A stretch of DNA of 64,000 nucleotides, from the IMG/VR virus record IMGVR_UViG_3300032213_002070, positions 64,001 to 128,000 of that record; one strand, given 5' to 3'. This DNA is from a virus. Shown piece after piece: positions 20,882-32,094 of the stretch. The notes under the pieces are model-generated. The model saw only the letters and a list, made by a program, of their open reading frames with translations. It made no database searches and was not told the origin of the DNA. Both the position numbers and the translations under genes were made by a program. Numbering within the stretch: the first letter of the stretch is position 1; every line of letters begins with the position of its first letter.

Positions 20882-21577
20882 CTAGTTAAATATAAAACCT
20901 TCACCCTCGACCCAATCATTGTCGTTGTTGTATATTTTTGGAATTCCCTGACGCGAGGGTTTGATTTTTGGATGGAACTTGCTGCTATAGTCCCAAAAAG
21001 TTGCTGCTGCATATCTAAAACCTGATTTAACTATATTAACTTTATGAGCGTGCATAAATGATGATGGAAACAATACTATATCTCCAGCTTCTGGCTTAAA
21101 TTCAAAATCCAATAATGGAAATCCCAATTCTCCACCTTCATAATCATCGTTTAAATATGCAAGTGCCGATACCACTGAAGAATAACTAGATCCAGCATCT
21201 ACGTGAGTCACGAAATGATGACCTTCACCATATTTCATAAAATTTAATCCTTGTTGAAATGGAAGTTTTAAATTATACAAATCTTTATAATGAGTGATCG
21301 CACTCAGAAAACCTCGATCAATCTCTTCATAACAGTTTTTTATTTCTTCAAATTCTGGAGTTAAAAACTGCCAATAATCTGAATGCATTTTGAGGTCAAA
21401 ACATCTTCTGTAGCTGGATAGATCCTTGCCCATTAGATTGGTAGAATCTGTCCATCTAAATAACTCATCAGAACTATTATCTAATACCGATTCTAATCTG
21501 TTAATTATATCCGCCCCATTGGGGATAGCATTTGTGTATATGTGCACTCCGTGCACTGGATTAGTTACTTCCATCAT
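20882..21577 (-). CDS. 2OG-Fe(II) oxygenase, P4H-like; paralog of 19436..20170
   Basis: HVDAG...YLNDDYEGGEL...HKVNIVKSGFRY; shares WQ.LTPEFEE.K.CYE with 19436. Confidence 0.9.
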   Translation of the reverse strand: MMEVTNPVHGVHIYTNAIPNGADIINRLESVLDNSSDELFRWTDSTNLMGKDLSSYRRCFDLKMHSDYWQFLTPEFEEIKNCYEEIDRGFLSAITHYKDLYNLKLPFQQGLNFMKYGEGHHFVTHVDAGSSYSSVVSALAYLNDDYEGGELGFPLLDFEFKPEAGDIVLFPSSFMHAHKVNIVKSGFRYAAATFWDYSSKFHPKIKPSRQGIPKIYNNDNDWVEGEGFIFN

Positions 21578-22290
21578 TCGTCACTTTTTGGTTTTTGTAC
21601 AAAACTTTCTTTTCTTTTAAGAATAAATTTAATTGACACATAATTCGTATAAAGCATCGGTGCAATCGGTATCCAGTATAGGATAAACCATTTTGTAACT
21701 TCAGATGGATAAAATACCCATTGAGCTATTGAATAAATAACAAAAAGAGGAAAAGGTATAATGTAGCTTAAGATAGCATACGGTCTTAAATACTCTATCT
21801 TATAATACGTTTTTAATGTATTATAAACCATATAAGGAACACACATGCTAATCATAAATAGCATTACAATCAGCAATTGGGCTGGTTTATTACTATTAAA
21901 GTTTACAGCTAAAGATAGGGTACCAAAAAAAATTACTCCACAATGGTGATAAATAGTATCTTTTCTAAGATAGTATTTAGAAGCTTTAATTATACTTAAG
22001 AGTTCTACTGCTACAAGATTCATAGACAGTGATCTCATGGGTATATCCGGATAATTACCATGTCTAATATCAGTTATGTAATAGTAGGTTAATCCTATTA
22101 AAGCTGTAATGCATTGTAGGGTCTTAACTAAATTGGAGCAAGCGCCTATTTCTCCAAAATGTTTTTTACCATCTGGTCTAAGTATAGATAAAAACTTTTC
22201 ATTGCTATACAAACTATTCGAAATTAGATAAGTAAGTGCAAAGCACAGTACTGGAATAATATTATCTAATACGAAAGGATTTGTAAACAC
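21574..22290 (-). CDS. Multi-pass membrane protein, TLC-domain-like
   Basis: Several hydrophobic helices and an IYHH motif. Confidence 0.5.
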   Translation of the reverse strand: MFTNPFVLDNIIPVLCFALTYLISNSLYSNEKFLSILRPDGKKHFGEIGACSNLVKTLQCITALIGLTYYYITDIRHGNYPDIPMRSLSMNLVAVELLSIIKASKYYLRKDTIYHHCGVIFFGTLSLAVNFNSNKPAQLLIVMLFMISMCVPYMVYNTLKTYYKIEYLRPYAILSYIIPFPLFVIYSIAQWVFYPSEVTKWFILYWIPIAPMLYTNYVSIKFILKRKESFVQKPKSDE

Positions 22291-22302
22291 TTTTAACAGT
22301 CT

Positions 22303-23017
22303 TTATTTATTTTCGTTTTTTTTCAATTCCTTGACCTGAGATGATAATTCCTGGATAGCCTTAACCATTACTGGAATCAACCTATGGTATGCAGCGTATA
22401 TTGTTTCTTCATCTCTACGATCAGTCAAGCCGAATACTTCATGTGCGTTAAACATGTCTTCTACTTTGGCTAATTCTTGAGCTATGAATCCAATATCTTT
22501 TTTGCCCTGATTGTTTCCGTCTCTTTCGTTCCATTCAAAAGCAACAGGACGAAGTTCTTCGACTACATTAAGTCCAAATCCAAGATCTTCTATTTCAATC
22601 TTATCTCTTACGTCAGACTTAAATGCTGGAGGAAAGAATGGTGGGAAGAATGGTGGAAAGAATGGTGGAAAGAACGGTGGAAAGAACGGAGGAAAGAATG
22701 GTGGGAACCATGGTGGAAACCATGGTGGGAAGTACGGTGGAAAATACGGTGGGAAATAAGGTGGAAAATATGGTGGGAAAAAAGGCGCATTTCTTTCATA
22801 AGAAATAGCTGTACCCAAAGGAGTAACAGCAGCGTCAGTTAAAGCAGTTTTAACCTTATTTAAATCTGCCGAAACAGCCGTTGCAGTATCGGTTGGAGTT
22901 CCGACAGTAAAGCCTGCAGCTGTTATAGTTGCATTAGCTGCAGAGTCTGCAGTTCCGTGCAGCTACTGTAGGCTTAGGAGCTTTTCTATTTTGCTTCTTA
23001 CCAACATTATCGGCCAT
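22303..23017 (-). CDS. PASTA-like + (PPxF)13 + peptidase S74 chaperone protein (~237 aa); +1 shift at CGGA 22954-22957
   Basis: MADNVGKKQNRKAPKPTVAA-CGG, stop 7 codons later. The +1 frame GTADSAANATITAAGFTVG... joins ORF 22303..22818. C-terminal SDVRDK..I...LRPVAFEW...GFIAQE...KAIQEL is S74-like. Confidence 0.8.
22621..22788 (-). repeat. 12-bp tandem repeat encoding APFF (PPYF)4 (PPWF)2 (PPFF)6 PPAF
   Basis: 14 units read directly; synonymous variation between units. Confidence 0.95.
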
Positions 23018-23018
23018 A

Positions 23019-25049
23019 TTATGCTACCATATCTCCTAAAGCAACCCATGTATCAGTTGCACGTTTAATAAGTGTAGCAGATGACCAGGTTGTACGCAAC
23101 TTAAGTCCAGGAGTACCGTTTACTGTAACTCCAGCACCGGCTGTTATTGTACACTGGCCAGCTCCGGTTTGAAGAACGGTGAGGGTAGAACCAACAGGAA
23201 ATGCTACTGAAGAGTTAGGTGGAACTGTTAAAGTATTAGCTGAAGCATTGCTTATCTCGACTAATTTATTTTTGTCAGTTAATACAAGTGTATAAGAAGC
23301 TGTTTGAGCATTTAGTACAGTATCAGCTATCTTACCCTGATCAATTGCAGCAGATGCCGATATGTCAGCATTGACGATTGTTCCATCAAGTATCATTGCG
23401 CTTGTAACAGTTCCTGTTGGAAGGGTTACCGTGCCAGTAAATGTTGGACTAGCCAAAGGTGCTTTTAGTGCAATGCTTGTTGTAAGCGTTGTAGAAAGGT
23501 TCGCATCATTTCCAAGCGCTGTTGCAATCTCACCAAGGGTATCTAATGTCGCACCAGCAGAGCCAACAAGTGCTGCGACTTCTGCACGAACGAACTCCGT
23601 AGTAGCAACTTGAGTTGTATTGGTTGCTGCTGCTGCGGTTGGAGCTGTAGGAGTTCCAGTTAATGCTGGGCTTGCTAGTGGAGCAAAACCAGAGATTGAT
23701 GCTCCAGCAGGGATTGTCACCGTACCTGTAAATGTTGGTGAAGCCAAAGGTGCTTTTGCTGCAAGCAGTGCTGAGTCATTAACCCAAGCGGTTCCATTCC
23801 ATTTAAGGATGTTATCAGAAGCCGCACTCGTAATTGTTACGTCACCGATATCATCAAGGTTGTTAATGGTTGGGATAGCACCCCATTCCATACCAGATGT
23901 GAGTGAAGAATTAGCCTTTAGATAATAACCATTTGTGCCAAGAGCTAAACGACCAACTGTGTTATCTGCTGTTCCGACAATGAGGTCACCCTTAGCATCA
24001 ACTAATGATTTCAATACTGCGTTGTTGCCGGCATCAGAAACAGCTATTGTTGCAGCGTTTTGCACGAATGCTGTAGTTGCCAATTGAGTAGTGCTAGTTG
24101 CATTAGCTGCAGTTGGTGCAGTAGGGACTCCTGTTAAAGCTGGACTTGCCAAAGTTGCATAACCAGCAAATGACACGCTAGATGTTTCTTTACCAGAAAT
24201 TCTACCATAAGAGTCTACAGTAAAACTGCTAACAAAAGTAGTTGTACTTGAACCTGAAGTATTTGTCTGGCTAACTGTTGCTAAATCAATACTGTCTGCA
24301 TTGATCACAATTCTTGAAGAAGAAGCAGTTGCGACATCAAGCACATTGCCGGTGCTCGTCAAGCCAGCACCAGCTGTGAATGTTGCAGTTCCAGTGAACT
24401 GTGCAAAGGCTAGTGAGTCAGTGCCAAAGATAATTGCACCGTTTGTACCAGTTCCAGTAGTGGTCAACGTAAATCCTTGGCCACCATTATTAGTTCCACT
24501 TACTACATAAACTGAATCACCAGTAGAAACTTGACCAGCAACGCTATTATCAGAATCAGTACGACGTGTTAATACGAATGGAGTTGATACGCTACCTTGT
24601 GCTGTGATTGTGTATATTCCGTTTTGTGTTGCGGTTGCTTGATCTTTTACTAAGATGCTTTTACCAGTAGTCTGGGCAGATCCATCAACAGTTAATCTTC
24701 CGTTAGCATTTCCTGTTAATGTAGCACCTACGCCCAATGTACCATTATCATATGTGCAGGCTGATAAAGCTGCAGCTGTAGCAAACGCTACTGAATCGTG
24801 CCAGTTTAAACCAGCAGCTACCGTGTCAACATAACCCCTTGTGGCAAGCGATGTTGATGTAGTGCCTGCGTTTGAGGTAACAACAGAAAGAACATTCAAT
24901 GTACCGTCTACTGCTATATTACCAACGACTGTACCAGACGAGTTTTTAAATTCTGCTAATGGAGCACTTGCTCCAGCCGCTGCCTTGATTACGAAAGACT
25001 CATCGTATACTGTAATCTCTGGTGCGGTTTCAATTCTTAAGCGGGCCAT
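23019..25049 (-). CDS. Tail fibre/appendage protein
   Basis: Ala/Thr/Gly-rich; ILVKDQ...QNGIY; LASPALTGTPTAPT modules; C-terminal domain shared with 32687..36031. Confidence 0.75.
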   Translation of the reverse strand: MARLRIETAPEITVYDESFVIKAAAGASAPLAEFKNSSGTVVGNIAVDGTLNVLSVVTSNAGTTSTSLATRGYVDTVAAGLNWHDSVAFATAAALSACTYDNGTLGVGATLTGNANGRLTVDGSAQTTGKSILVKDQATATQNGIYTITAQGSVSTPFVLTRRTDSDNSVAGQVSTGDSVYVVSGTNNGGQGFTLTTTGTGTNGAIIFGTDSLAFAQFTGTATFTAGAGLTSTGNVLDVATASSSRIVINADSIDLATVSQTNTSGSSTTTFVSSFTVDSYGRISGKETSSVSFAGYATLASPALTGVPTAPTAANATSTTQLATTAFVQNAATIAVSDAGNNAVLKSLVDAKGDLIVGTADNTVGRLALGTNGYYLKANSSLTSGMEWGAIPTINNLDDIGDVTITSAASDNILKWNGTAWVNDSALLAAKAPLASPTFTGTVTIPAGASISGFAPLASPALTGTPTAPTAAAATNTTQVATTEFVRAEVAALVGSAGATLDTLGEIATALGNDANLSTTLTTSIALKAPLASPTFTGTVTLPTGTVTSAMILDGTIVNADISASAAIDQGKIADTVLNAQTASYTLVLTDKNKLVEISNASANTLTVPPNSSVAFPVGSTLTVLQTGAGQCTITAGAGVTVNGTPGLKLRTTWSSATLIKRATDTWVALGDMVA

Positions 25050-25108
25050 ATCACTCCTAGTGTGGGTTTTAAAACAACTAGGGATATAGTAATGGGTTAA
25101 TTAAAAAG

Positions 25109-25915
25109 TTATTGTGTTATTCTCTTTAAATAATCTAACATTTTACCAGTATATTTTATGCGACCAAAATGAGTTAAATTAATAGTTGGATCTACCCAAA
25201 TCTTTCCACCCATCTTCTGCCAATATCGACAGAAGCCATAGTCTTCGGATAAAAATCTTCCGTCATCATCAACATATGAATTAAATAAAGCGTATGCATT
25301 TTCTGTTTCATTACCAGATAAAGCACCTGTGTCGTCTTTATATTTTAATTTTTTATACTTCTTAAACATTTTTTCAAACACTTGGCGCTTAATAACCATA
25401 AAACCAGTTCCGGCTTCATAGCATTCGATTGCTCCGTTATCAATATTTAATTGATTCTCACCTGGTTTTGTCATATGCACTACATATCTAGTGGAAAATT
25501 CCATTAGATCAGAAGGTGCCATATCTGCTTGAGCACCTTCTTTTACTTTGTCCCAATTAATTTCCTTGATTGGATAAGAAGCAGTCATGACATCTTTATC
25601 ATGCCACAAGAGTTTTAATATAGCTTCTTTATCAAATTGAAGATCAACGTCTATAAAAACCATATGAGTAAAATCTTCATTACCCATAAACTTAGCTACA
25701 AGATTATTTCTTGCGCGGTTTATTAGAGAATCAGATATTGTACAAACCGAATACTTTAAACCTATTTCTTTAAAATATAGAAGAGCTTGCAAAAAGCTCA
25801 TCATAAAAGGTTCTGTTACATGTGAGTCGTAACAGGGAAGTGCAAAGAAAACATTCCATTCTTGGAGCTTTTCTTTAGGTATTGTTATGTTTATTTGTTG
25901 TTCGTCTACAGGCAT
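25109..25915 (-). CDS. GT-A fold glycosyltransferase-like protein
   Basis: SLINRARN...FIDVD...AGTGFMVI...LSEDYGFC...GGKIWVD. Confidence 0.7.
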   Translation of the reverse strand: MPVDEQQINITIPKEKLQEWNVFFALPCYDSHVTEPFMMSFLQALLYFKEIGLKYSVCTISDSLINRARNNLVAKFMGNEDFTHMVFIDVDLQFDKEAILKLLWHDKDVMTASYPIKEINWDKVKEGAQADMAPSDLMEFSTRYVVHMTKPGENQLNIDNGAIECYEAGTGFMVIKRQVFEKMFKKYKKLKYKDDTGALSGNETENAYALFNSYVDDDGRFLSEDYGFCRYWQKMGGKIWVDPTINLTHFGRIKYTGKMLDYLKRITQ

Positions 25916-25936
25916 GCTGACTATTGTATCAATTTA

Positions 25937-26968
25937 TTACCAAGTTGTCAAAGCGGATCTCTTCCAAGTGTCAGTGGCTATGCATATGTATATGAAGGAT
26001 TCATCCCAAGCCATATCTCCAATATTCCCAGGGCTAGAAGGTGTGGGTGGAACATCTACTGAAATATCATCAAATGATGGAATGTTTATTATCCCACCTA
26101 AACCAGCGTAAACTGTAATATATCTTGAATTATTTGCAGGAGCAGATGAATAATATAGTTTTACATTGTTTTCATCTATCAACTCATATCTTACTTTAGG
26201 AAAATCAAATAAGCCGCTAGTATCCCTCGAGATAATTCCTATATCTAATGTATTCAATTTATGATTTATGGTAAAAGTTTTACTACTGTTATTACCAATC
26301 ATTTCTCCATAAGAATAACCATTTAATGGCAAAAATACACAAGCTACTAAAGAATTTGTTTGAGGAGCTTTAGAGAAATCTAGAATTATCCTTTGAGTAG
26401 AGTAGGCTTGAATTGCTACTTCTACAACTTCATAAGGAGAGTTGGCATTATAAACAACTACAACGGCTTCTCTGGATCCTAAGTTATGGTTTAATTCTAT
26501 AGAAGAACTAACACCATCACCAATTATTTCTGAATAATGAACTTCTGAACCAGAAGAAAAAATTAAAACTTTTCTAGAATTACTTATTGGTGCTTTTTCA
26601 AACTCTAAAGAAATAGAATTATCAGTAGTAGCTTCCCATCTAACCTCTATATTGGAGGCCGGAATTAATTGAGGAGTTGCGCTATCATCGTATTCATTAC
26701 CTGTAGATGAGACTAAAACAACAACATCTTTTGTGCCTAGATTGTGCGTTATGGTAAATGTACTATTAGATCCATTACCAATAATCTGTGAATAAGAAGA
26801 TATATTTGATGGCAGTGCGTCTGCTATATTTGTAGCAGAAATTTTACTGCCATTATATGTTAATACTTGACCGGTAGTGATTCCAGCCAGATCTAGCTCA
26901 ATACCGTTGATTGTTACGGTAGAGCCAACAATAAGACTATTTTTTACTACAAAATCTTTATTTGCCAC
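25937..26968 (-). CDS. Tail fibre-associated protein with three (T)HNLG repeats
   Basis: IG.G....TI.HNLG repeats; C-terminal PSSPG..GD.AWD...YIC.ATDTWKR. Confidence 0.65.
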   Translation of the reverse strand: MANKDFVVKNSLIVGSTVTINGIELDLAGITTGQVLTYNGSKISATNIADALPSNISSYSQIIGNGSNSTFTITHNLGTKDVVVLVSSTGNEYDDSATPQLIPASNIEVRWEATTDNSISLEFEKAPISNSRKVLIFSSGSEVHYSEIIGDGVSSSIELNHNLGSREAVVVVYNANSPYEVVEVAIQAYSTQRIILDFSKAPQTNSLVACVFLPLNGYSYGEMIGNNSSKTFTINHKLNTLDIGIISRDTSGLFDFPKVRYELIDENNVKLYYSSAPANNSRYITVYAGLGGIINIPSFDDISVDVPPTPSSPGNIGDMAWDESFIYICIATDTWKRSALTTW

Positions 26969-27020
26969 TAAAGTTCACTGTCCCTCTAGTTTTATGATTT
27001 AAAACTTAACTATTATTATA

Positions 27021-30000
27021 TCACACTGCTATAAGTGTTCTTGCTACCTTGACTGTTGCATTTGTTGTTGCGGCATCTGTAATGGTAACTCTTAATAATA
27101 CGTTTCCTGAAGAAATTGAAGTTGAAACTGTTAAAGGAATAACTGTTCCACCAAGTTCAATTACTGCATATTCTGACAAGTAAGATGTTGTTCCGTCATG
27201 GGCCAACAAAACTTCAGAAGTCGTATACTTTGAACCTTGGGTTACTTGTACAAGATACTTAGCTGTTCTGTAAACTGTCTTGTCAAAGCTATCAACAGTT
27301 GTGACCGTGTTCACGGTAACTACTTGAGTTGAAGTGTTAAGTTCACCAGTTCCTGAATCTAATGTTATGGCACCTGTAGCTATGCTGCCAAAGGTAACTG
27401 CTGCGTTAGTTGCAACATCCTGGCCAATTGAAAGGCTAATTGTATTAGCTGTATCATCATAGTTCTTAGTTACACCCGTACCTGCAGTTATCGCGCTTCC
27501 TAGAGCATCCTGAGCTGCCTCAGCAAAGTCTGAGACCTGGCTGGCAGTGATCGAGATAGACGAGTTACCAGCTGCCGTGAGGCGTCCCTGGGCATCTACA
27601 GTGAATGTTCCTACGGAAGACGAGCTACCATAGCTACCAGCTGAGACTGCAGTTGAGGCCAAGTTAAGGGTAACTGCACCCGAAGTGCCGCCACCTGTTA
27701 AACCAGTGCCAGCCGTTACTGACTCAATGTCACCTGCATCATTTGTGAAGCTGATCACACCAGTTGAACTATTGTAAGCTAGATCTCCTGCAACACTTAT
27801 TTGGGCTCTTGTGTTGGCAGTGAAATCTGAAATCTTTGCTGCTGTCAAAGTAGTGAAAGTAAGATCTCCTGCACCATTGGTCATTAAGACCGCACCATTA
27901 GCTCCATCAGCACCAACTGCTGAGATAATCGAAGCTTCTGTTGTGCCGATGATTGTAGTGAAGTCTAATACTCCAGAACCATTAGTCGTAAGTGCTTGAC
28001 CATTAGTCCCGTCACCACCAGCTGCTGCTATAAGAGCTGCTGCAGTTACGTCTCCAAGGTTGGCATAGTTAGTTCCATCATTTGTGAATGTCCACTTGTC
28101 TGTAGTTTCGTTCCAAAGAATAGATACATCTGTTGATGTTCCTCTGTTAACTTCTATACCGCTATTTAATGTTGGAGCACCTGTAACACCAGAGTTTAAT
28201 GTAATAATATTATCTTCAACATCTAACTGTTCTGTGTTAACAGTTGTTACGTTACCACTAACTGTCAAATTACCAGTAACAACAAGGTTATTACTAATTG
28301 TTACGTTAGCTGGAAGACTAAGGGTTACTGCGCCAACACCAGAGTTGGAAACTGTAATTTCGCCAGCGGTTCCAGTTAATCCAGTAACAAGGTTTGTACC
28401 CTTGTCACTGATCTGTGATGCAGTGATTGAAATTGCAGTGTTAGTTGCGGCGGTTAAACGGCCCTGAGCATCAACTGTGTAGTTTGGAACTGTTGATGCA
28501 TTACCGTATGATCCAGCTGTAACAGCTGTTGATGCTAGGTTAAGAGTGACTGAACCAGAAGATCCACCACCTGTTAAACCAGTTCCTGCTGTAACTGAAG
28601 AAATGTCGCCAACTTCAATTGGAGTATTAATCCAAGCTGTACCATTCCACTTGAGGAAGTCTCCGTTTGTAGCAGTTGTAATTGTCACATCACCAATATC
28701 ATCAAGGTTATTGATCGTTGGGATTGAAGCCCACTCAATACCAGCAGTTGCTGAAGAGTTAGCTTTTAAGAAGTAACCATTAGTTCCAACAGTAAGAATT
28801 GCTGGGGTGTTATCAGCAGTTGCTGTAACTAAATCACCCTTAGCGTTGACAAATGTTTTTAGAACTGCATTATTGCCGGAATCAGAAACTGCTTGTGATG
28901 CAGCTGATGTAACAAAAGCAGTCGTTGCAATTTGCGTTGTGTTAGTATTTGATGCTGCGGTTGGAGCTGTTGGTGTTCCAGTCAATGCTGGGCTAGCCAA
29001 AGGAGCCTTGGTGCCAACAAGTGTTGTTAGCGTAGCTACCGTTCCTTCATCTGCTACAAGTAAATCTTGTAGTTCTTTTAAGGTATCATAAGCTGGGCCT
29101 GCACCATTTAACAATTCACTAATTTCACCCTGTACGTATGCAGTTGTTGCAATTTGCGTTGTGTTAGTATTTGATGCTGCGGTTGGAGCTGTTGGTGTTC
29201 CAGTCAATGCTGGGCTAGCAAGATTAGCTTTAAGGTCAAGTGCAGTTTGTGTAGCTGTAGAAACTGGCTTATTTGCATCCGAAGTATTATCTACGTTTCC
29301 AAGACCAACACTTGATTTTGCTAGATCAGTAACTTGTGATGCAGTGATTGCAATAGCTGAGTTAGCAGCTGCGGTCAAACGACCTTGAGCATCAACTGTG
29401 AAAGTTCCAACTGAAGATGAGCTACCGTAATTACCAGCAGAAACTGCTGTATTATCAAGGTTAAGTGTAACTGTGTCTGTGTTTGAAGTTACAGATGTTA
29501 AACCTGTTCCACCTAAAATACTAAGTGTATCTGAACCAGAAGTAATTGTCTTGCTTGTTCCTGAATCGCCAGCAACTTCAAATGAAGTGGCTACGTTTGC
29601 AACTAAGTTTGTAGCAAAAGTTTGTGCTGCGCTTTGAGCACTGGATGCTGCACCATAGGCATCATACGTGCCAGATGTAACTGCTATTGTTGGACTAGAA
29701 CCTTCACCAGAATTATTAGAAAGAGTAATTCCTGTGCCAGCAACTAAACTAGAAACATAATCTCCAATAGTATCTGTTGAAAGATTTACTGCGTCGTTAA
29801 TCCAAACAGAACCATTGTAACGAAGGAAATCTCCATTAGTAGCTGAAGTTAAAGTAACATCACTCTGACCTGCTAGAGTTGTAGTAATTGTACTTCCTGC
29901 TACTGCTGCATAAACGCCAACTCTAACCGAGTTAGAAGAAGGAGCTGCTGAAAAATCTAAAGTAACTGTTCCAGTTGTTGTGGCTTCCCAACGGACATCA

Positions 30001-30519
30001 ATAACTTCATATGGACTTGCTGCGTTGCGCGCAACAACGACAACATCACGTGTTCCAAGGTTGTGAGTAATTGTAAAGCTAGTGGCAGTTCCGTCACCAA
30101 TTGTCGAAACACTTACCGTTCCAGCTAAACCAGTGTCTGTGCCCGGAGCGAACTTAGTACCATCAAACTTTAAAACTTGATTAGTTGTAGCGCCAGAAGG
30201 ATCAATCTGTATGCCACCAACTGATAGAGATGTTGCAATCTCAACAGAGGAAGGAAGAGAAAGAGTATATACACCTGATGTGGCATTTGCCGATACAGCT
30301 ATTTGACTTGTTGTGCCAACAACGTTAGATATTAAATTAACTCCGTATTATAGCATTGGCTGTTTTGTTTTTATAAAACAATTTACCATCAACAACGTTA
30401 ATTGCCAATTCACCTTCGGACAATGAAGAAGGGGTATTCCCCGTTTCATCTGACCTCTTAATTAAAAGGGTATTGTTTGTTGCAAACTTAGATCCACTAT
30501 ATCCGCTTGGAGCCACCAC
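27021..30519 (-). CDS. Long tail fibre protein (~1165 aa); +1 shift at CGGA 30342-30345
   Basis: N-terminal IKRS...P..L.EGELAIN..DGKLFY reaches ATA CGG AGT TAA. The +1 frame, translated by hand, is open for 322 codons into ORF 27021..29378. Confidence 0.8.
28924..29219. repeat. Perfect 74-bp direct repeat (28924-28997 and 29146-29219)
   Basis: Identical DNA encoding ASPALTGTPTAPTAASNTNTTQIAT. Confidence 0.9.
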
Positions 30520-30605
30520 AGAGCACCTCTTCCTATTCTAAACTAGTTCTTTCAATATAGTAATCATATCAGAATTATTAAGTAGTCTAAAATGTAAAAA
30601 ATTAT

Positions 30606-31589
30606 TTAATTAGAATGGATAGAATCATCATTAATGTAACTAATTTGATTTTCTTCTATTAAATCAGTATACGCATAGCCCATAGCTTTAATGTAGGCAT
30701 CGTACTGTTCTTTATCTTTAGCCGCAAAAGGACCAAACTCTTTCCCTAAAAGGATATTCTTATAACAAAATTGATAATAATAAGGTAACGAAGCATTATT
30801 TGTTTTTGAAGTATTATTGATCCAGTCATTTAAACCTAAATTATCCCTATAACCACTTGCCTTGTTTAAGTGGAATAATATTGGTTCCTTAATACAATAC
30901 ATCCTATGACCATGAGTCCAAGCTCTAAGTGGAGTAGTATGCTCTTCTCCAAACATGAATATTCTTGGATCTGGTGTAACATTTTTAAAATAATCTATTG
31001 TAGAAAATTGAAACGCCCCACTTACAAAGTGTGTTTCTATATATTCCTTATCTTCCCAAACATTCTCAGTGAATTCTTCTTCATATACTATTGAACTATT
31101 TTTTGAATGAATATTTGCTGTTAATTCTCTTTTTAAAGCAAATGGATCATTATGTATCGAATCGTAATATGTTTCATTTCCATCTTTATCTTTTTCAAAA
31201 TATAATGGTCTAGAGCTAATGATCACGCCATAGCAGATATCTTTTGATATTAAATTATGATAATATTTTAAAGTTTTATCCCAATTTTTTTTAAACCTCA
31301 TATGTCCGTCTATTCTCATGACATAGTATTCTTCTTGCAAAAGCCAAGAAGACAAAAGGTAACCCATACCAAGGCCAAATGGAAATGGAGTAGTTAAATT
31401 AGCCGTTCGTACATTGGGGTATTCTGAAAAATCTTCAAAATTATCGTCTAGTCTTTGATTGCATATTCCTATATAAACATTTTCTGGTACTTCAGCATTG
31501 TCGTATATGCTTTTAACAGTGTTTAAAAGATCTTCTTCTTGAAAAGCTGGAATAGCTATAAATATTTTTTCATTTACCACAATTACCAT
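30606..31589 (-). CDS. Glycosyltransferase resembling Skp1 hydroxyproline GlcNAc-transferase (GT60/PF11397-like)
   Basis: IFIAIPAF.E..L..T...A..PENVYIGICNQ, RIDGHMRFKKNWD and FGEE...LRAWTHG match the family pattern as I recall it. Confidence 0.75.
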   Translation of the reverse strand: MVIVVNEKIFIAIPAFQEEDLLNTVKSIYDNAEVPENVYIGICNQRLDDNFEDFSEYPNVRTANLTTPFPFGLGMGYLLSSWLLQEEYYVMRIDGHMRFKKNWDKTLKYYHNLISKDICYGVIISSRPLYFEKDKDGNETYYDSIHNDPFALKRELTANIHSKNSSIVYEEEFTENVWEDKEYIETHFVSGAFQFSTIDYFKNVTPDPRIFMFGEEHTTPLRAWTHGHRMYCIKEPILFHLNKASGYRDNLGLNDWINNTSKTNNASLPYYYQFCYKNILLGKEFGPFAAKDKEQYDAYIKAMGYAYTDLIEENQISYINDDSIHSN

Positions 31590-31810
31590 TTACCTAATGG
31601 GCAAGTAGCTCTTTTAAGCTTTACCTTTAGCGACATGATGCATCCGCATTCTTTACATTGTTTAGTAGCTGATATTAATCTATCGCAATCAAGACAAACA
31701 TCATATCGAGATTTAGCTTCTTCTTCAAGAACTTTTTCCTCATTTGGATTTAATAAATCCCAAGGTCGAGTTACTCCTAGTTTTTCTTTATATTCTTTCC
31801 AAGCGCTCAT
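31583..31810 (-). CDS. Small Cys-rich protein (DUF6171-like)
   Basis: RYDVCLDC...QCKECGC.M..K......CPLGKW. Confidence 0.65.
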   Translation of the reverse strand: MSAWKEYKEKLGVTRPWDLLNPNEEKVLEEEAKSRYDVCLDCDRLISATKQCKECGCIMSLKVKLKRATCPLGKW

Positions 31811-31818
31811 AAAATCGT

Positions 31819-32052
31819 TTATGCCGTTGGTTGGATAAAATCTGTCCCATCATATACCCAACCAAGTGCAACTTCATTAACTTGCTCTTGAGTCATCTCT
31901 ACAATCGTTGGATTAGATTTCATCCCAGCCATTACTGGGCCTCCGCTTCCTGCAATACCAACTTTGCCAGTATATTCTCCGTCAACAAGAACAGCAAAAA
32001 AAGTAAAATCATTATAGTCAGTAATCTCTGGTATCTCAATTGCCATTAGCAT
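31819..32052 (-). CDS. Small hypothetical protein
   Basis: AAGGAG RBS; ends GWVYDGTDF. Confidence 0.6.
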   Translation of the reverse strand: MLMAIEIPEITDYNDFTFFAVLVDGEYTGKVGIAGSGGPVMAGMKSNPTIVEMTQEQVNEVALGWVYDGTDFIQPTA

Positions 32053-32094
32053 TTCTCCTTTTTGAAAAATTTATATATTTTTATTGTACCACAT

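Noticed and set aside
22621-22788. Tandem repeats as a CRISPR array
   Set aside because: 12-bp coding units with no spacers, and no cas genes in the window.
22477-22842. Alternative-frame ORFs over the repeat (KEWW, KNGG, MVER, His-rich)
   Set aside because: Shadows of the PPxF repeat; only the PPxF frame connects to the S74 domain and explains the synonymous variation.
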